64,000 bases of DNA. It comes from Paraspadella gotoi (lineage: Eukaryota > Animalia > Chaetognatha). The notes below the pieces were generated by a model. The model worked only from the letters and a program-made list of their open reading frames with translations, did not search any database and had not been told where the DNA came from. A program made the translations under genes and the position numbers. Position 1 is the first letter of the stretch, and every line of letters begins with the position of its first letter. Below are positions 24,769-39,245 of this stretch, in pieces. The DNA lies in NCBI GenBank assembly GCA_051294375.1, contig CM119265.1, positions 24,276,247-24,340,246 of the forward strand, written 5' to 3'.

Positions 24769-27700
24769 NNNNNNNNNNNNNNNNNNNNNNNNNAGAGAAG
24801 AGGCAAGCTAAAACAACACGAAGAGAACAGAGAGAGAGAGGTGCGCACGGGAAGTATCGACCCAAGAAATACAGCGTAAAAAAAAGGAAAGAATGCACAA
24901 GAGAGAAAAAAATTGATAGACAAACATTGAGAATACACAACAAATGGTACTAACACAGACTCTATGCACACACACCACCCCCACACAAGTTTCCTATAGA
25001 GTAGGATTTTGAGTCTTAGCACACGTTCTCCTATGATCTTCATTTCGCCTTGTTCTTCCTTCGCACACCAATAAGGAGAATGAAAAGGAAAATAATCGCC
25101 TTTAAAATTCAATATCTACTCTCCCGCTAATACTTTTAACGACAATTTCGTACGCACAGAGTGAATCCAGAGTCTAAGAAAACTATACACTTGTTTCGCC
25201 ACATCTAAAAAATGAAAGTTCTTTATTCGTTATCCGTCCAGTGTCACTTCTGCATTTCTTTGCTTCCCGTGTGTTTTAGATTTTTTAAAAACAATTTTTT
25301 TGCAGTGTTACGTTTGTTTTTTGATCTCTTGGCGCTGATGCCGTATCTTTTGTTTCTCCTCCCTCCTTTCGTATCCTCGTTGTTATAAGCTTCCGTCTTC
25401 TCATCGTAAGGGGTCTTGCTTTCCACTCTGTTTGCTTGTCGTTCGGACTGAAAGCTTTATTTCGACTCCGCTGTTTTCGGAGGGAGGCAGACGCGGGAGT
25501 TGCCTCTTCCTCATCTTTCCTTTTTTTATTTCTCCCCTTTTCTTTATTTTCGCGTCTTTCTTTTTTTTTTAGTTTTGAAATCTTATTAAAGTCGATTTTA
25601 ATTTTGCAGCGCGTAGATCGTTTCGATTTTTCTCCGACGGCGACGCTGAATCGCTAATTGACGGACACCACCAGAGCGCTTTAAACAAGCGATGATATCA
25701 CTTAATAAAAGTATTATTATCTATCCAGTATCTTTAAGTATCTCTCCTATAATTAATCCCCTATCCCAATCGATGAACGATGACTCTGTCCGCTGTGTTA
25801 ACGACGAAATCGCGCTAACGTCGCGGCACGCCCTTCAGTTGTTGTTGTCCGATCGTCGTTGTCGTTGTCGTACTGTCTCGTCGCACTGCGATACTTTATC
25901 CTTTACAGTCGTCCACTTCGAACTAAAAGCGAATAAACAGCGAATTCATATGTTAATTTATTCATTCGATCGAAAACACGCGATTAATATCGATGGACTA
26001 AATCCCATACCCAGTTTTCCACACCGTTGGAGTAGGATATCATTTGCCGAATTGAGTAATTGTAATTGCGTTAGTTTCCCGATTTTTAAATATATGTAAT
26101 TTTTTTTTTCTTTTAATACACAACTAGGTAATCTAGATTAACGACCGATAGATCGCTTCTTTTTTTTTTTTTTTTCTCTTTAGTTTAATATCTTTTTTAT
26201 TTCGAGAAGAACCTTATAGCGATGTCAACTGAGCTGCGCCTTCCGAAAAGAGGCTGGAGGGAGGAAGGACGGAAGAACGGAAGGAGGGGAAGAAAAACTG
26301 AGAAAGTAGAGAACAAAATTGTTCTATACGAAACAATCAAATAAAAAAAATCTTCATCTCGATATTTTTTTTTATCTACTGCGCGCGCGAAACGTCGGCG
26401 GATGAGCCTCTCGTTTGGCCGCCGCAGCTTGCATCTTCCCTTCGCCGCGCTCGACCCGCACTCACTCATAATCTCCATCACCTCGGACAATCATACTCAG
26501 GGCAACGTTTTCGCTCAGGCCTTGCGCAGACAGTCCATAACACCCCTTCAACACCCAACTTAATTCCTTCAGCAATCCAACCCCTTCTCCCCATTTCTTA
26601 AATCAAAAGAAAGTCAAGCGCACCTCCTCGTACATCAATCATATATCATGTTTAGAATCAATTTCTTACGCTCCCTTCCACAAACCCCACTGTCTCGATC
26701 TGCACCGCTGACATTGTTTCGATGGCGGCGCCGCTGGTTGAGTTTTAGTGGACCCACAATATCATCTTTGAGCTATTGTTGAACACAATCTTACCATCTG
26801 ATAGGCCGCATTGATCACACACACTATTTGCCGCGCGCTACCCGCCCCCCCCCCCGCCTCACCCCTCCCCAAATATCAGGCCGGCGGTCGATCTCACGCG
26901 CCGCCCTTTCTCCTCCTCTTTCGCCTCCTCATTTTGAGAGTAGAATAAACAAGAGATCTTTGGCCTACCGACTGTACGAGTCGCGAAATAATGAGATTTT
27001 CTTTAGATCCGCAATAGATTATAAATGCGGAGAAGTTGTATGTACCATTGAGGCAATGATAGATGGACCTCCCGTGGATAGATGAGATGTTTTTTGGTTT
27101 ACTGGAATTATACTTATTGTTTCGATAGACAGACGCGACAGTCTGACATAACGAACACGACAGACCGCACGACGAACAAGAGAGCCGTGCAAGCAAGCCC
27201 AGACCTACATAGATACTAAAGGAAAGAAGTGAACCTGCAATTCAAGTTAAGTAGATCAAATAGAGAAAAGTCGCTTTTAAAAATCCAATGATAGGAATTT
27301 GACTTCGTGGTTGAAAAAGAATAAAACTTTTTTTTGTCGATGGAACTTTTGTTGAGCGAAAAGAGAGAATCGTCCGATAAGAAACAAAAAAACCTCGTTG
27401 GTGGCTGACTGAATATCGTGCACAACTCGCTTGAGAAAAAAAGAGACGAAATGGTTGGAATTTGAAAAGTTTTTTTTTTTATTATTTTATGGTTTTAAAG
27501 TTTGGCGCATTAGAGATCATGAAAGGCTTTTTATTTTTTTAAATCTTTAACTCGAAGATTTTTTTCATCATTTGATCCTTTCGTGTTAAATGGTTATTAC
27601 TTTCGTTCAAAATTTGGAAATATCCTTTAAGACTTCCAAACAAAACGGAAAACCGAATAATACTCACTAGCAACACTGGCATCTCAAACAGTTCGACTGT

Positions 27701-28619
27701 TTCAGCCGGGGGGCACGTGGCTTTTGAAAGAGTGATGATCGGACAATCCCACCTGTTACATAGGCAATCGGATCTTTCAGTTTTACGACTTCCAGTGTCA
27801 AATGATCTCTCTCTCCATCTGAGTCAGAATTTGCAATTGGTATTCACTTTGAGACTCTTCTCACTATTGGTCAGTCGTTGCTCTTTCACTTTTTTCCAAT
27901 CAACGCTCAATTCATTCATTGCATTTTTTTATTTTTTCAACTGTTGATTCGATCAACCAGATAAACCAGATCTCCGCCCTTCTCGTCCCACAACCGCAGC
28001 CGCGGCCACAGCAGCAAGCCGCCGCTCTGCGACATGAATGATCGCCCAAAAGCGTGCGCACACGGGGTTTACGGCGTCGCCCCAGCGGGGCCCCGAAACG
28101 CTGCCAGCGGGCCGGCCCAACGCCCGCGCGCCAGAATTTTTTTTTTTTTCGCTTTTTCGAGACATTAAGTTGGACAAAAAATTTTGGGAAATATTTCCTA
28201 TTCTTCGACTGCTGCGACAGCTGAGAGCGTAAAAAAAAAAAAAGAATCGTAAAATGAGCTGAAATTCGTAAAAAGAACAAGTTGGTTGTGACCCTGATTT
28301 TGTTTGGGTTTATGTAACTAAAATACATAGAAATGTACCTTTAAAAATGATATATTTGAGATCAGACAGGCTCAGATGGCGTTAGGTGACTAATAAATCA
28401 GTCAATTAGTCGATTAGTCAATTACAAGGTTTATGATTTTGATTTTGTTATTTACTTTTTTTTATTGTAATTAAAAAGCGGATGAGGACAAAAAGTTGTT
28501 GAATGTTGAAAAGGTATTCAAAAATTTAATCAAATTGTATATCTTTTTACACGAAATGTTGGTTTTTTTTGTCAAAATACAAAAAGAATAAATACAAAAA
28601 AAAAATATACACAAAATCA

Positions 28620-30320
28620 ACTCAAAATGAGAAAAAAAATTTTTGAAACGAAGTCACTATCGAGATCGAAAATTTTTTTCTGGTTTCCTAAATTTTCGAT
28701 TGAAAAGTTGGTCTAGTTTCTCTTTATCTTTGGCATGTGGTCGATCGACAACCGAGAGGCCGAAACTGTTTCCTTGACTTTCATAACCGCGATGACTGAA
28801 TAAATGATTAACAAAGAAAATTTAAAAATTAGAATTGTTGCCGGACAGAGTAATTAATGTCACTAATAAAAAGAATTCAATTTAGTAGTCAGTTTTGCTG
28901 CGATCGGTGAAACACCCCGTTAATGATGTTTCTCTCATTTCCCTTAAATACAATTTAAATATTGAGATACAATGTAAAATACGTAATTTTTTTTCCTTTC
29001 AAAAAAGCTATAAGTTCAATTTACATTTTTCTATATGAATTATCATACTATTTCTCTCCTTACTAGACGAGGAAAATTCGAAAAAACATGAAATTATTCA
29101 ATAACCACACTCGAGTAAAAAAAAATATAATATCCGTTTCCATTCTTCTTCTCTTACCTCCCCTTTTCCAGAACAACGTTCCAACAGATGTCGCTCCGCG
29201 ACAGAGTCGTGATCGTCTCGATGAAAACAATTGCACCGCATGATGTTGTTCTCCTCGTGGACGGATCACGAAAAGCGCCTCTTCCTGCCGCAGTGAATCA
29301 CCCGTGGCAGTTCCGCGCGGAGATCATGCAGCGAGGTGGACGGTCAGTTGTGGAACGGGGAGAGGGCGGGGGGGGTCGCTGAGAGTGTCTAAAGGAAAAG
29401 GTCAGAGTAAGTCCTATATACTGCATATGTGTATAGTGTATAGTGCATAATGGTGCGAGAAGAGATTAAACGTATCAAATAACTCTTAATATTTTGTGAA
29501 CTTGGTGTAAACTAAGAATAATTGAAGTTACGACTTGAAATTCTACTTGCTTCAACATAGCGAGTGCCGACCTTTTCTTCATTCTTTGACGTTCCCTGTG
29601 TCTTACGTTCGCCGGTCCTTGTCATTTTAAACGAAAGAAAGCACTAACTTGAGATGTGAGAGTATGTGGTAATATGAATATTCTAAAAACATTTTTATTT
29701 TAGAAGAGTATGGAGGAGAGAAGAATTAATTGTTCTCTATACTAATCTAGTATATCACTAATCACTATGAATTACCATTAAATGTACTTGATTAGTAGTT
29801 CATGAATACTTAGAGAGCTAGCGAGAATTTCTATTGTAAATTGGACTACACTAATGAGTAACACCAGATTATAACTATAACAAAGAAAAAAAAGATAATA
29901 GAAAAAATTGACACGACAGGATGATTTAGAGAGTCTGTTCCTTATCTCACATCTTAATTCATAATATAAATCTTACATCATGAATCCTCTGTAAATCATA
30001 AAATCTGAATCTAAATCTGAACATAAACGTCTAGATACTAAAATCAGAAATCTCCAATGATAAATACCGACATACCTCTAAAATCTAAATCACAAATCCA
30101 AATTCTTGAATCTACCAATCTGAAAATCTAAATGACAGAAAATACTATACTGATAAATCTAAATCTCCGCCTCGAATCCAATTCTTGTCTTTTCACAGAG
30201 ACACAGAGTCACTCACGCCACTTTTAATGCCCACCAAGAGACTTCCACACCGTGACTAGATGTCCCATACAAAATAAATCTATGACCCGCATCGTCCTAC
30301 ACTTATTCCACTGTAACGGC
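28620..30320. repeat. Block C; direct copy at ~40660-44848, interrupted there by the 70-bp array
   Basis: Shared strings catgtggtcgatcgac, ggtggacggtcagttgtg, ggtcagagtaagtcct and aaatctatgacccgca. Confidence 0.85.
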
Positions 30321-31440
30321 CAAAGGACAGGACTCACAAGCCTGTTATTCTGATTGAATGACAAGTTTTTATTATCTGGATTAAGCGGTTAATATACTAA
30401 TCTTCAAAAATATGTGCCCTTTAATACACTCCCGCTCTCCATCTTAACCCTTATATGTTCTTTTATTATCACACTACGCACACTTTTTCTCATACACATC
30501 GAGTACACGGCCTCATCAATCATCTCAGTCTCATTACTAAAAAAAAACACTACCGTTCACCGCTCACCGACTGAACTTCTCGCGTCTTCACTTGGGGTCC
30601 TCGCCTCACGCTCGACTGCAATTCAACGACTCAAGATCGACGCCATTTCAACGATAACGACCCGGACCGCGAGGCACCGCACCGGACCGGACGGCTCTCA
30701 CACGGACCGATTTCTGGATCATTTTATGAAAACGAGGCGCAGTGCCGCGCTTAGATCAGGCGAGTGCTGGTAGGCGAAGAGAGCGTTGGATGGGAGAGAG
30801 ATGGTGATTGATGGAATCGTGAAATGGCAGTGGCGCGTGAATGGCGTATATCGCCTCGATATGATGGCTAAAAAGGATTAACGGCTGAGACACTGAGAGG
30901 TCATGCGGTGGTTTGTGAATGCGTGCTGTATACAAATGATGAGCGAGCTTTCTATAACTAACGCGATAGGTCTCGGCGTCTGCAATGTTTGGTCGCAATC
31001 GCGACTGGAGACGCACAGATGACATCTAGGCTATAACGTTCAGTAGGCGTGGGTTCGAATCCACACCACTGCGTCGCCACATTTGAGAGTATATGCTATG
31101 AACAGAGATTGGCAAAGAACTATGAATATACCCAAAAGATGGATTTTATTCTCAGATAATATACCATGAAGAACGAGCGGTTGTGTGAGACCACCAAGAG
31201 AATAGACCAATCGATCAAAAACGCTCAATATTTAATATCAGAGTTGCCACTCTTTGATCACCATATCACCGGTGGCCTTCTCGTTCTCCCGATGCAACGA
31301 AGGTCCTTCTTCTCATTGGTAGTTTTCCGGTATTGTGTCTTGATCTATCATCCATCTCGATTGGTCCTTCATTATATCTTCACCCCTGACCACCTGAGAA
31401 TCGATCTATTTCGCTGATTGTATTCCTGATCACATATCTT
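30316..31440. repeat. Block D; noisy reverse complement of 39640-40610
   Basis: Collinear matches including the (ACCGG)n stretch and the tRNA fragment. Confidence 0.8.
31045..31079 (+). pseudogene. Noisy copy of the tRNA-Leu-like 3' half
   Basis: aggcgtgggttcgaatcc(a)caccactgc(g)tcgcca. Confidence 0.55.
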
Positions 31441-34400
31441 TATTGGCAATTTACGCGAGATAATATCCAATAAATCCGCATAGTTCACGCTCAAGTTAAA
31501 CAGTTCGCGACGTACTTTATTATGTGAATATTATTATTATTACTTGGCTCTCAACGGGGCGTTTTATGCAAATTTCGGTTAATTGAACTTTTACAAGTCA
31601 TTATATTTTCCTCTTTCTCTCTTATCGGACGCGCTCTCGTGTGCCATCGAGTGATCTGTACTGTCACGTGTATATCCAATACTACCATATCTATTCCTTT
31701 ATTAATTCTCTCTCACGTCTGCATATCCGTATAAGGCGTGTGCGAGACCTTTAAATTAGCTGTACTACCATTTCATAGTTGCATGTGGTTACTTTTTGCT
31801 ATTCGGAGTCTAAAATTAGCACATATATGTGAACTGTATAACGAACTTTTTCAATTTCCTGTAGCTCAACTTTACCTTTCTCACGCTCTCTCCTACCAAC
31901 CCCCTTTCTTCATACAACTCTCTTCTCTCATATTTCATCTCTTTTATATACTACTATAGTGTCAACTCTCTCTCTCTATTGCTATTTTCTCTCTGTCCGC
32001 AGTCTTCCACCTCTATTTTCCACATTTACCAGCTCTCTACTCTTCTCTTTTCATTTCTCCTTCTCTCTCCTTACTCTCGCGTCTCTCTTGTATCGTCTCA
32101 TTCATTCGTCTTTTACTATTTTTCTCCAACTCATTCTCTCTTTCTTGTCTTAACCCAACTCACCTGCAAGTTTTAAACACACTAATACCTGCAGGCTGAT
32201 CTAAAACTTCTTTAAAACTCCAGCGTTAATAATCGAGTAGATATAATAACATAAATTTAGGGATTTCTCTGTAAAAGTGACTGTTGATTCACATTCTCAA
32301 CGACGCACAAAGCAGCAGTGATTCACCCTCTACACCACTTTACCCATCAACTTCTGACCACTACCCACTCGTGACTTCCGTAGACGCACCTCTTTAAAGC
32401 TTTCAACTTCGTCTCGTGCGCAGCTTCGTGAGTTAATCCCTCTCTCTAGCTTTCACGCTGCCTGCGCCTGACCTTTTTCCTTGTCTCAGTGATCTGCTCT
32501 GCCTTGCACAGATTAGCGCAGTCTCCTCTCTGCGCGTCGGCTACGCAGCTCTTAACGTACAGCCCGATCTGAGCCTAACTCTAAGCGCCGATCATTCGCA
32601 GCTAATTCAAAGCGCTTGCCGCGACCTTCGAGCTTAATCTAAGCGCGATTCTTGGAGTTCTAAACTATTATCTATATTTGCTAAAGTCTGAGGAATCCTC
32701 GTACGCTATATCTACAGCGCTCGATCATAAGTCGCCGCGATGCTCGCTGAGCGTACATACTATGCCCGGGCCCGGATTTATCTTCCTTTTTTCCCCCCCC
32801 GAGTCTTAATTTATAGGCACCCGACTCTTCGGCTAATCTATAGCCAAATCTGTCTAGATTCTTGAGCTAATCTTAGGGCCGATTTCTTAAGCGCTCGATC
32901 TTATGAGCTAAATCTAAAAAGCCGAGACTCTTGGAACGCAATCTAGCGCCGATTATCTATGTGAGCTAAATCTAAGTGCCGCGATCCCTTCGACGCTAAT
33001 CCAAGCTCGCCGATCTTATGTTGAGCTAATACTCTAAGCCTGTTCCATATTAATTAGCGCGCCGATCTTGAGAGCTTAAACTAAGTACCAATCTAGCACC
33101 GATCTTTGGAGCCTTAATCCTTAAGCGCACCGATCATAAGGCTGATATACAGCCCCGCCGAACGACGGGAACTATATCCCGTCACAACTTTGCGCGCGTG
33201 CCCGTTCAGAGCGCCGGGACACAGATCCGCACATACACACCTGCGAATATTTCTTTATTATCAGTCAGATATATCTCTCTTTGCATACACGTTTTTTGCA
33301 CCTATCAATACTTTATGGGCTGACACCTATGCGCTCTGATGCTTAGACCGTGGGCGATCTCCTCAACCAGTCCATAACGTTCAAAAATAACTGGTCGCAC
33401 AGGCGCAGCTCACGTTCGCCACGTCTACTTGCAGCACGATTTACGCGCCCTTAACCGCGTGCCCTCCATGCCCTCCGTTATGCCCGAGCGGCCCTTCAAC
33501 TCACAGATTCCATGCACTTTCGCTCACAATCTCGAGGAGAAAAGACCGGTCAAAGCGAAAACATTGAATGAATGTACAAGGATAGGTAAGAGCTAGCAAG
33601 AGCGTGGCGGTCACAAAGACAAAAGTGTGAGAGACGTGGAACGGGGGAGATAAAGAAAGGAGAGATGAGAGAGAGAGAGAGAGAGAGAGAGGAGAGTAGA
33701 GAGAGAGAGAGAGAGAGAGTAAGAGAAGAGAGGAGAGAGAGAGAGAGAAGAGAAGAGGGAAACGCGGGGATCCGACTTCGATTTTGATGTAATTGTTGAC
33801 ACTGGAGATCGAGACGTTTAGACGTCGTCAAGACTTTGGAGTCGCGTGGATTCTTTGGACTGAGTGACTGACCTTGACTGACGGACAGAAGGGCGGAGAG
33901 ACGTACGGATGAATTGATGGAAAAATGATTGATTGCTGAATCTAGGAAAGTATAAAAATAAATAGGAAGAAAGGGAATGAATTCAAAATTATAAATAAAT
34001 GACCTAAAGATTGAATGAATGAATGAATGAATGAATGAATGAATGAATGAATGAATGAATGAATGAATGAATGAATGAATGAATGAATAAATAAATGTAT
34101 GAATGAATGAACTAATGAATGAACAAATGAATGAATGATAATTCGGATATTTTTCTTCCATTTTATCATTTTATTTAACATTTTACTCGAGCGTAAATGG
34201 AATAAAAAAGACTAACGATTTCTGTTTCCACCGGAAACGATTTTCAACCTCCTTATGTTCGCTTTTCATCATCCAATCTCTCTCTCTCNNNNNNNNNNNN
34301 NNNNNNNNNNNNNTTTCCTCTCTCTCTTTCTCTTCATCTCTCTCTTCTCTCTTCTGTCCCTGACCTGTGTTTGTTTGCTCCCGAATGCTGTTCAGATCTT

Positions 34401-35029
34401 GCTTATTGTTTCCCTCCCTCATAGATATTTTTTAATCGAGAGCAGACCGGGCGATAGCCGGTCCTGTCTCTATAATAATTCGCTTTGGCGTTCTTTGTGG
34501 CCGTAGTCGTCGTCGTCGTCTGCGTCACGCTTTTTTGCATCATGGCTTCTAAAAGTGTGATATCATAGGGAATTGAAAATTTATATATGGCTTCTAATCA
34601 TCAAGATCTTTAAATTCCCATGTTTCATATCAATATTCCTATTTGTTTTATCTGTTTATTACAAAAACAAAACCTTTTTAATTATATGTCTCTCTTCCCT
34701 CTTCTCTTTCGTTTTAATTATATGTCGCTCTCTCTCTCTCTGCTCTTTTTTTATTCAGTCACTGGCTTTCTGATTTGGTCTAAAAAACGAGTTCTGGCTC
34801 TGCAGCAGTCGTGCAGCGTCGTCCGGCCTTCTTTCTCCTCTCTCTGCTCCTCTCTCTCTCTCTGTTTAACAAAAAAAATTTATATTATAATGTTAGTAAT
34901 TAATATATATAATATTGAGGGTCTCACAATATGAAAGACGATGCCGTCAGCAGTTTAAATCCATTCTCCTCCTTTTTGTTTCTTTTTTTTTCTGTTTTTT
35001 TTCCCACTTTTCTTGGTCATGAATCATAA

Positions 35030-35091
35030 TGGCCGCGAACCCCGAGTCCTTCAGATTGGAGGAGTCGCGCTAACTCGGGCGCCATAGGTAC
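35030..35091 (-). pseudogene. Degenerate tRNA-Trp(CCA)-like relic or tRNA-SINE head
   Basis: Minus strand tggcgcccgagttagcgcgactcctccaatctgaaggactcggggttcg resembles animal tRNA-Trp (TGGCGCAACGGTAGCGCGTCTGACTCCAGATCAGAAGG...GTTC). Acceptor stem not intact. Confidence 0.4.
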
Positions 35092-35246
35092 GTTTTATTA
35101 GAAGTAAGAGTAAAAGGGCTGTGAGCTTTCTCTCTTCTCTTTTTTTCTCCGTCGCTGCTGCATCTGATTCCAGCGGCTGTCAGGCTTTCTCTCTATCTCC
35201 TCTTTTGATTATATGGTCGATCTCTCTTTCTGTCTTTTTTTTTGTA

Positions 35247-35790
35247 AATAGGGGAAGCCCCCTCTCAATGGGGTGAACTCAAAAATTTAGTATGGAACCT
35301 GCTCAGAACAAAATTTTTAGGCATTTTTAAGTATACTTTCAATGTACAGAAAAATTTTTTATATGGATCATGAACCCAAAATATTTATTTTTAATCTTTA
35401 TTTATAGATAGGAAAAGAGTTTGGCCCTACTGCAGATTCGTGGAAAAATCGAGTTCAGCTCTGCGATGCGGCGGTCCAGCTTCTCTCTATCTCTCTCTCT
35501 CACTCTTTCTCTCTCTCTCTCTCTGATTTATTTTTTCTTTCTGGAATAGGGGAAGCCCCTCTCAAAGGGGTGAGTCAAAAATTTAGTTTGGGAAACAAGC
35601 TCAAAGGAAAATTTAAATACATTTTTAATTTACTTTCCAATGTACAGGAAAATTTTTAATATGACTTTATACCCAAGTATTTATTTTTTAATATTTATTT
35701 ATAGAAAGGGAAAGGAGTTCGGACCCTATTCAGATTCGTTTAAAAACGAGTTCAGCTCTGAAGCGGCTGTCCAGCGGCTGTCCAGCTTTT
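35247..35790. repeat. Two tandem ~298-bp units, each containing a TAGGG...CCCTA-bounded segment
   Basis: aataggggaagcccctctcaa at 35247 and 35545; cgagttcagctctg in both units. Confidence 0.7.
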
Positions 35791-38700
35791 CTCTCTCTCT
35801 CCTCTCTGTGTCTCTCGTCTCTTTGTCTCTTGCTCTCTGGTCTCTGAGTGTCTCTCTCATCCTCTTTCTCTCTCTCTGATCTCTTTCTCTGTGACCGACT
35901 CTCTTGCGGTGATCGTTAGCGTTTTGTCGGGAGACCAAATTTTGATTATTTTTTTTCTCCTTCTAAAACTATTATTATCTGCCATGTTATTCTCGCGCTT
36001 ATTTTCTCAATGAAACAGAAAATCCCAAGATTTAATCCGAGTTTTTGTCGTTGGATTTAATTTTAGGCGGCTCTGAGATTTGGTCAGAATATGTTATGTT
36101 TGGTGAACAGAAGTTCGTTTACACTCATAGGCTCTCTATTCTCTGCTCTCTCATACCGCGTTTGTTTTATTATACGATGATGACTCAGTTCGCGTCAAAT
36201 GAATGATATCATCTGCATCAGCATGAATCAATATTATCGCATCAAATCATGCATCAATTTTTGGTTATGCATCGGCATGAAAATTATTGGTTATCATCGC
36301 AATTAATTAAATTAGCTATTACATCCAATCAAATTTACAAAAATCTCAATTTACTATTGACAATCAATAAATCAATTACTATTGATATCAAATCAGTTCA
36401 TCAATCACTATGGTTATCATCAGCGATCAATGATGATTATCATAAACGTCAAATGAAATGCTTATCATTATATTCAGTGTATAATTATCATCGTACCATA
36501 GTCGGGCGAACTCGCTCGCACTTCTCTTCTAATACATGCGTCTCCTCAAAAAATAAAAAACAAATTTCTATCTTTTTTATTTGCCGGTTTATGTTTAATA
36601 AAGCTAAAATCAGAACAATGTCTAGTTATTAAGTTCATTACGTTAGGCAGTGAATGTGTATTTTATTTTCTTTTATATATACGATTCAAGGTATTTTTTG
36701 TGGTTTGAATTTCACATCAATTAAATGATCTTACTAGCAGTATGCAAAATTAGATTATAGTACTGTTTTTCTTAATTTTTTTTGAGTAGTAAGGGTCTGT
36801 CGAGATCCTTAATAGCGATTTTAAAGATTTTTTTTTACCGGATCTTTCTGCCGCTCCTACCATTGTCACACGCTGTTGCTCTTGAATCTCTAAAATATAA
36901 CCTCGGACTGCGAGTTGCTACCCCTTGCGCCCTGCCCCGAAGGCATTTTGTTTGTACCTTTTCTCTCTCAATCAGCGTCTCCTCCTCTCGTCTCTGGTCG
37001 TCGACTCTGTCCTTTCTACTTTTCTATAATCTCTCGTCTGTTACTCTTCTGAATCATTACTGTTTCGCGGTATCCTAACTTTTGTCTCTTCCCGTATCAG
37101 TTTTCCATGCTTCCATCTCTTCCCCACTCTAGCTTCTAACCAGCCTCTTTCCCCAGGCTCCTCTCTCCTCTCTCCCATTCAACAAATTTTCTTGGCCTTT
37201 TCTCACCACCCTCTCTCGCTCTCTTCTTCTCCAAATTCTCTACTCTTCTTCTCTCACTCTCTCTCTCTCTCCTTCTTTCTCTTCTCTCTGCTCGGTCGCT
37301 CTCTCGGTCTCAATGCTCTCTCATAGCTTCTTCGTCCTTTCTTTTCTCCCCCATCCACGTCTCGTACTCCGATCTACCTTTCTTTCTTCCACACGACCTA
37401 TTATGCTCTTCCCAGTCAACTGCCTCTCTCTCCTATCTCTCTCATTCATCATTTTTCCTTGTGAGAGACGGCGTTTTCTCCTCGGAGTTGTGACGAAATC
37501 ATAAAATCTTGGGTGAGGCGCGGAGCAGCGCGGCATAACGGAGGCAGAGGGCAAACGGCTATGTACGTGCGAGATGATCCAGGCGCGTAAAGACGGGCAG
37601 CGTATGAACGGGCGCGTAGACGGGCGCGTGGACAGCAGTTAATGTAAGTGAAGGTACGGCGGGATTCGCCTCACTGTCTTGATCAGAGGGCGTCTGATGG
37701 TTTTATGTCACCGGTCGATTACAGGTTTTGTCACCATTGCGCAAGAATATTGTCAGAAACGTTATGGGCAGATGAGATTAGTCTGAACTGAAAATAAAAA
37801 TACTATGGCAGAGTGTGTAATTGGATCCTTTTTTTTACCTCTTTCTGCCTCCTACCCACCTCTCTCTTATCTCTAAATATTACCCTGCGAGTTCTACCCT
37901 GCTCCCTGCCGCATTTTTTACTTTTCTCTTCTCACCTCTCTCTCGTCTCTCGTCTCTCCTTTCTATTTCTATATCTCTCGTCTTTACCTCTGNNNNNNNN
38001 NNNNNNNNNNNNNNNNNNNNNNNNNNNNNNNNNNNNNNNNNNNNNNNNNNNNNNNNNNNNNNNNNNNNNNNNNNNNNNNNNNNNNNNNNNNNNNNNNNNN
38101 NNNNNNNNNNNNNNNNNNNNNNNNNNNNNNNNNNNNNNNNNNNNNNNNNNNNNNNNNNNNNNNNNNNNNNNNNNNNNNNNNNNNNNNNNNNNNNNNNNNN
38201 NNNNNNNNNNNNNNNNNNNNNNNNNNNNNNNNNNNNNNNNACCTATCTTCTACCTCTCTATCCCCAAGCACCTCTCTCTCCTATCTCTCTCATTCATCAA
38301 TTTTCCTTTGACCGTTTTCTCCTCGAGTTGTGACGAAATCATAAATCTTGATTGAGGCCGCGGCAAACGGAGGCAGAGGCACGCGGTTTTGGCGCGTAAA
38401 CGGGCGCGTAGACGGGCGCGTAGACGGGCGCGTGGACGGTTATGAAGTTAAGACGGGATCGCCCACTCTTGATCAGAAGGGCGCTAGGTTTGTCACACAA
38501 ATNNNNNNNNNNAAACGTTATGCAGAGAGATTTCTGACTGAATAAAAAATATGCAGAGTTGTGTATGTGGGATTCGTTCCCGGCGCACTAACGGGCACGC
38601 AAATTGACGCGTAATTAGTCCCGTTGTTCGGCGCGTATATCAGCCCTTAGATCGGCGCTTAGATTAGCTCCTAGATCGGTTCTTAGATTGGTACTTAGTT

Positions 38701-39200
38701 TAGCTCCAAGATCGGCGCTTAGATTGGCGCTAGATTAGCTCCAAGATCGGCGCTTGGATTAGCTCGAAGATCGGCACTTAGATTAGCTCCNNNNNNNNNN
38801 GCTTAGATTAGCTCCAAGATCGGCGCTTAGATCGGCGCAGAGAGAAGTAAGCCAAGGCAAGCATCACTGAGAAAGGAAAAGGTCAGGGCGCAGGCAGCGG
38901 AAAGCTAAGAGAGAGGATAACTCACGAAGCTGCGCACGAGACGAGGTAAGCTTAAAGGTGGCACAAGGGAAGTCAGGGAGGGATGGGTAGAAGGTGAGGA
39001 AAATGGAGAGGGAATCACGTTAAGAAGCGCGTTAGAATGGATTCACAGTCATTTTTAAAAAAACCTAAATTAATGTTTATTATATTATATTATTACAGAA
39101 TTTTTAAGAGCTTAGATGCAGCCTGCAGGTATTAGTGTGTTTAACTGGGAGAGTGAGTTAGACAAGAAAGAGAGAGAGAAAAAGTAAGAGAGAGAGAGAA

Positions 39201-39245
<45 letters not shown>

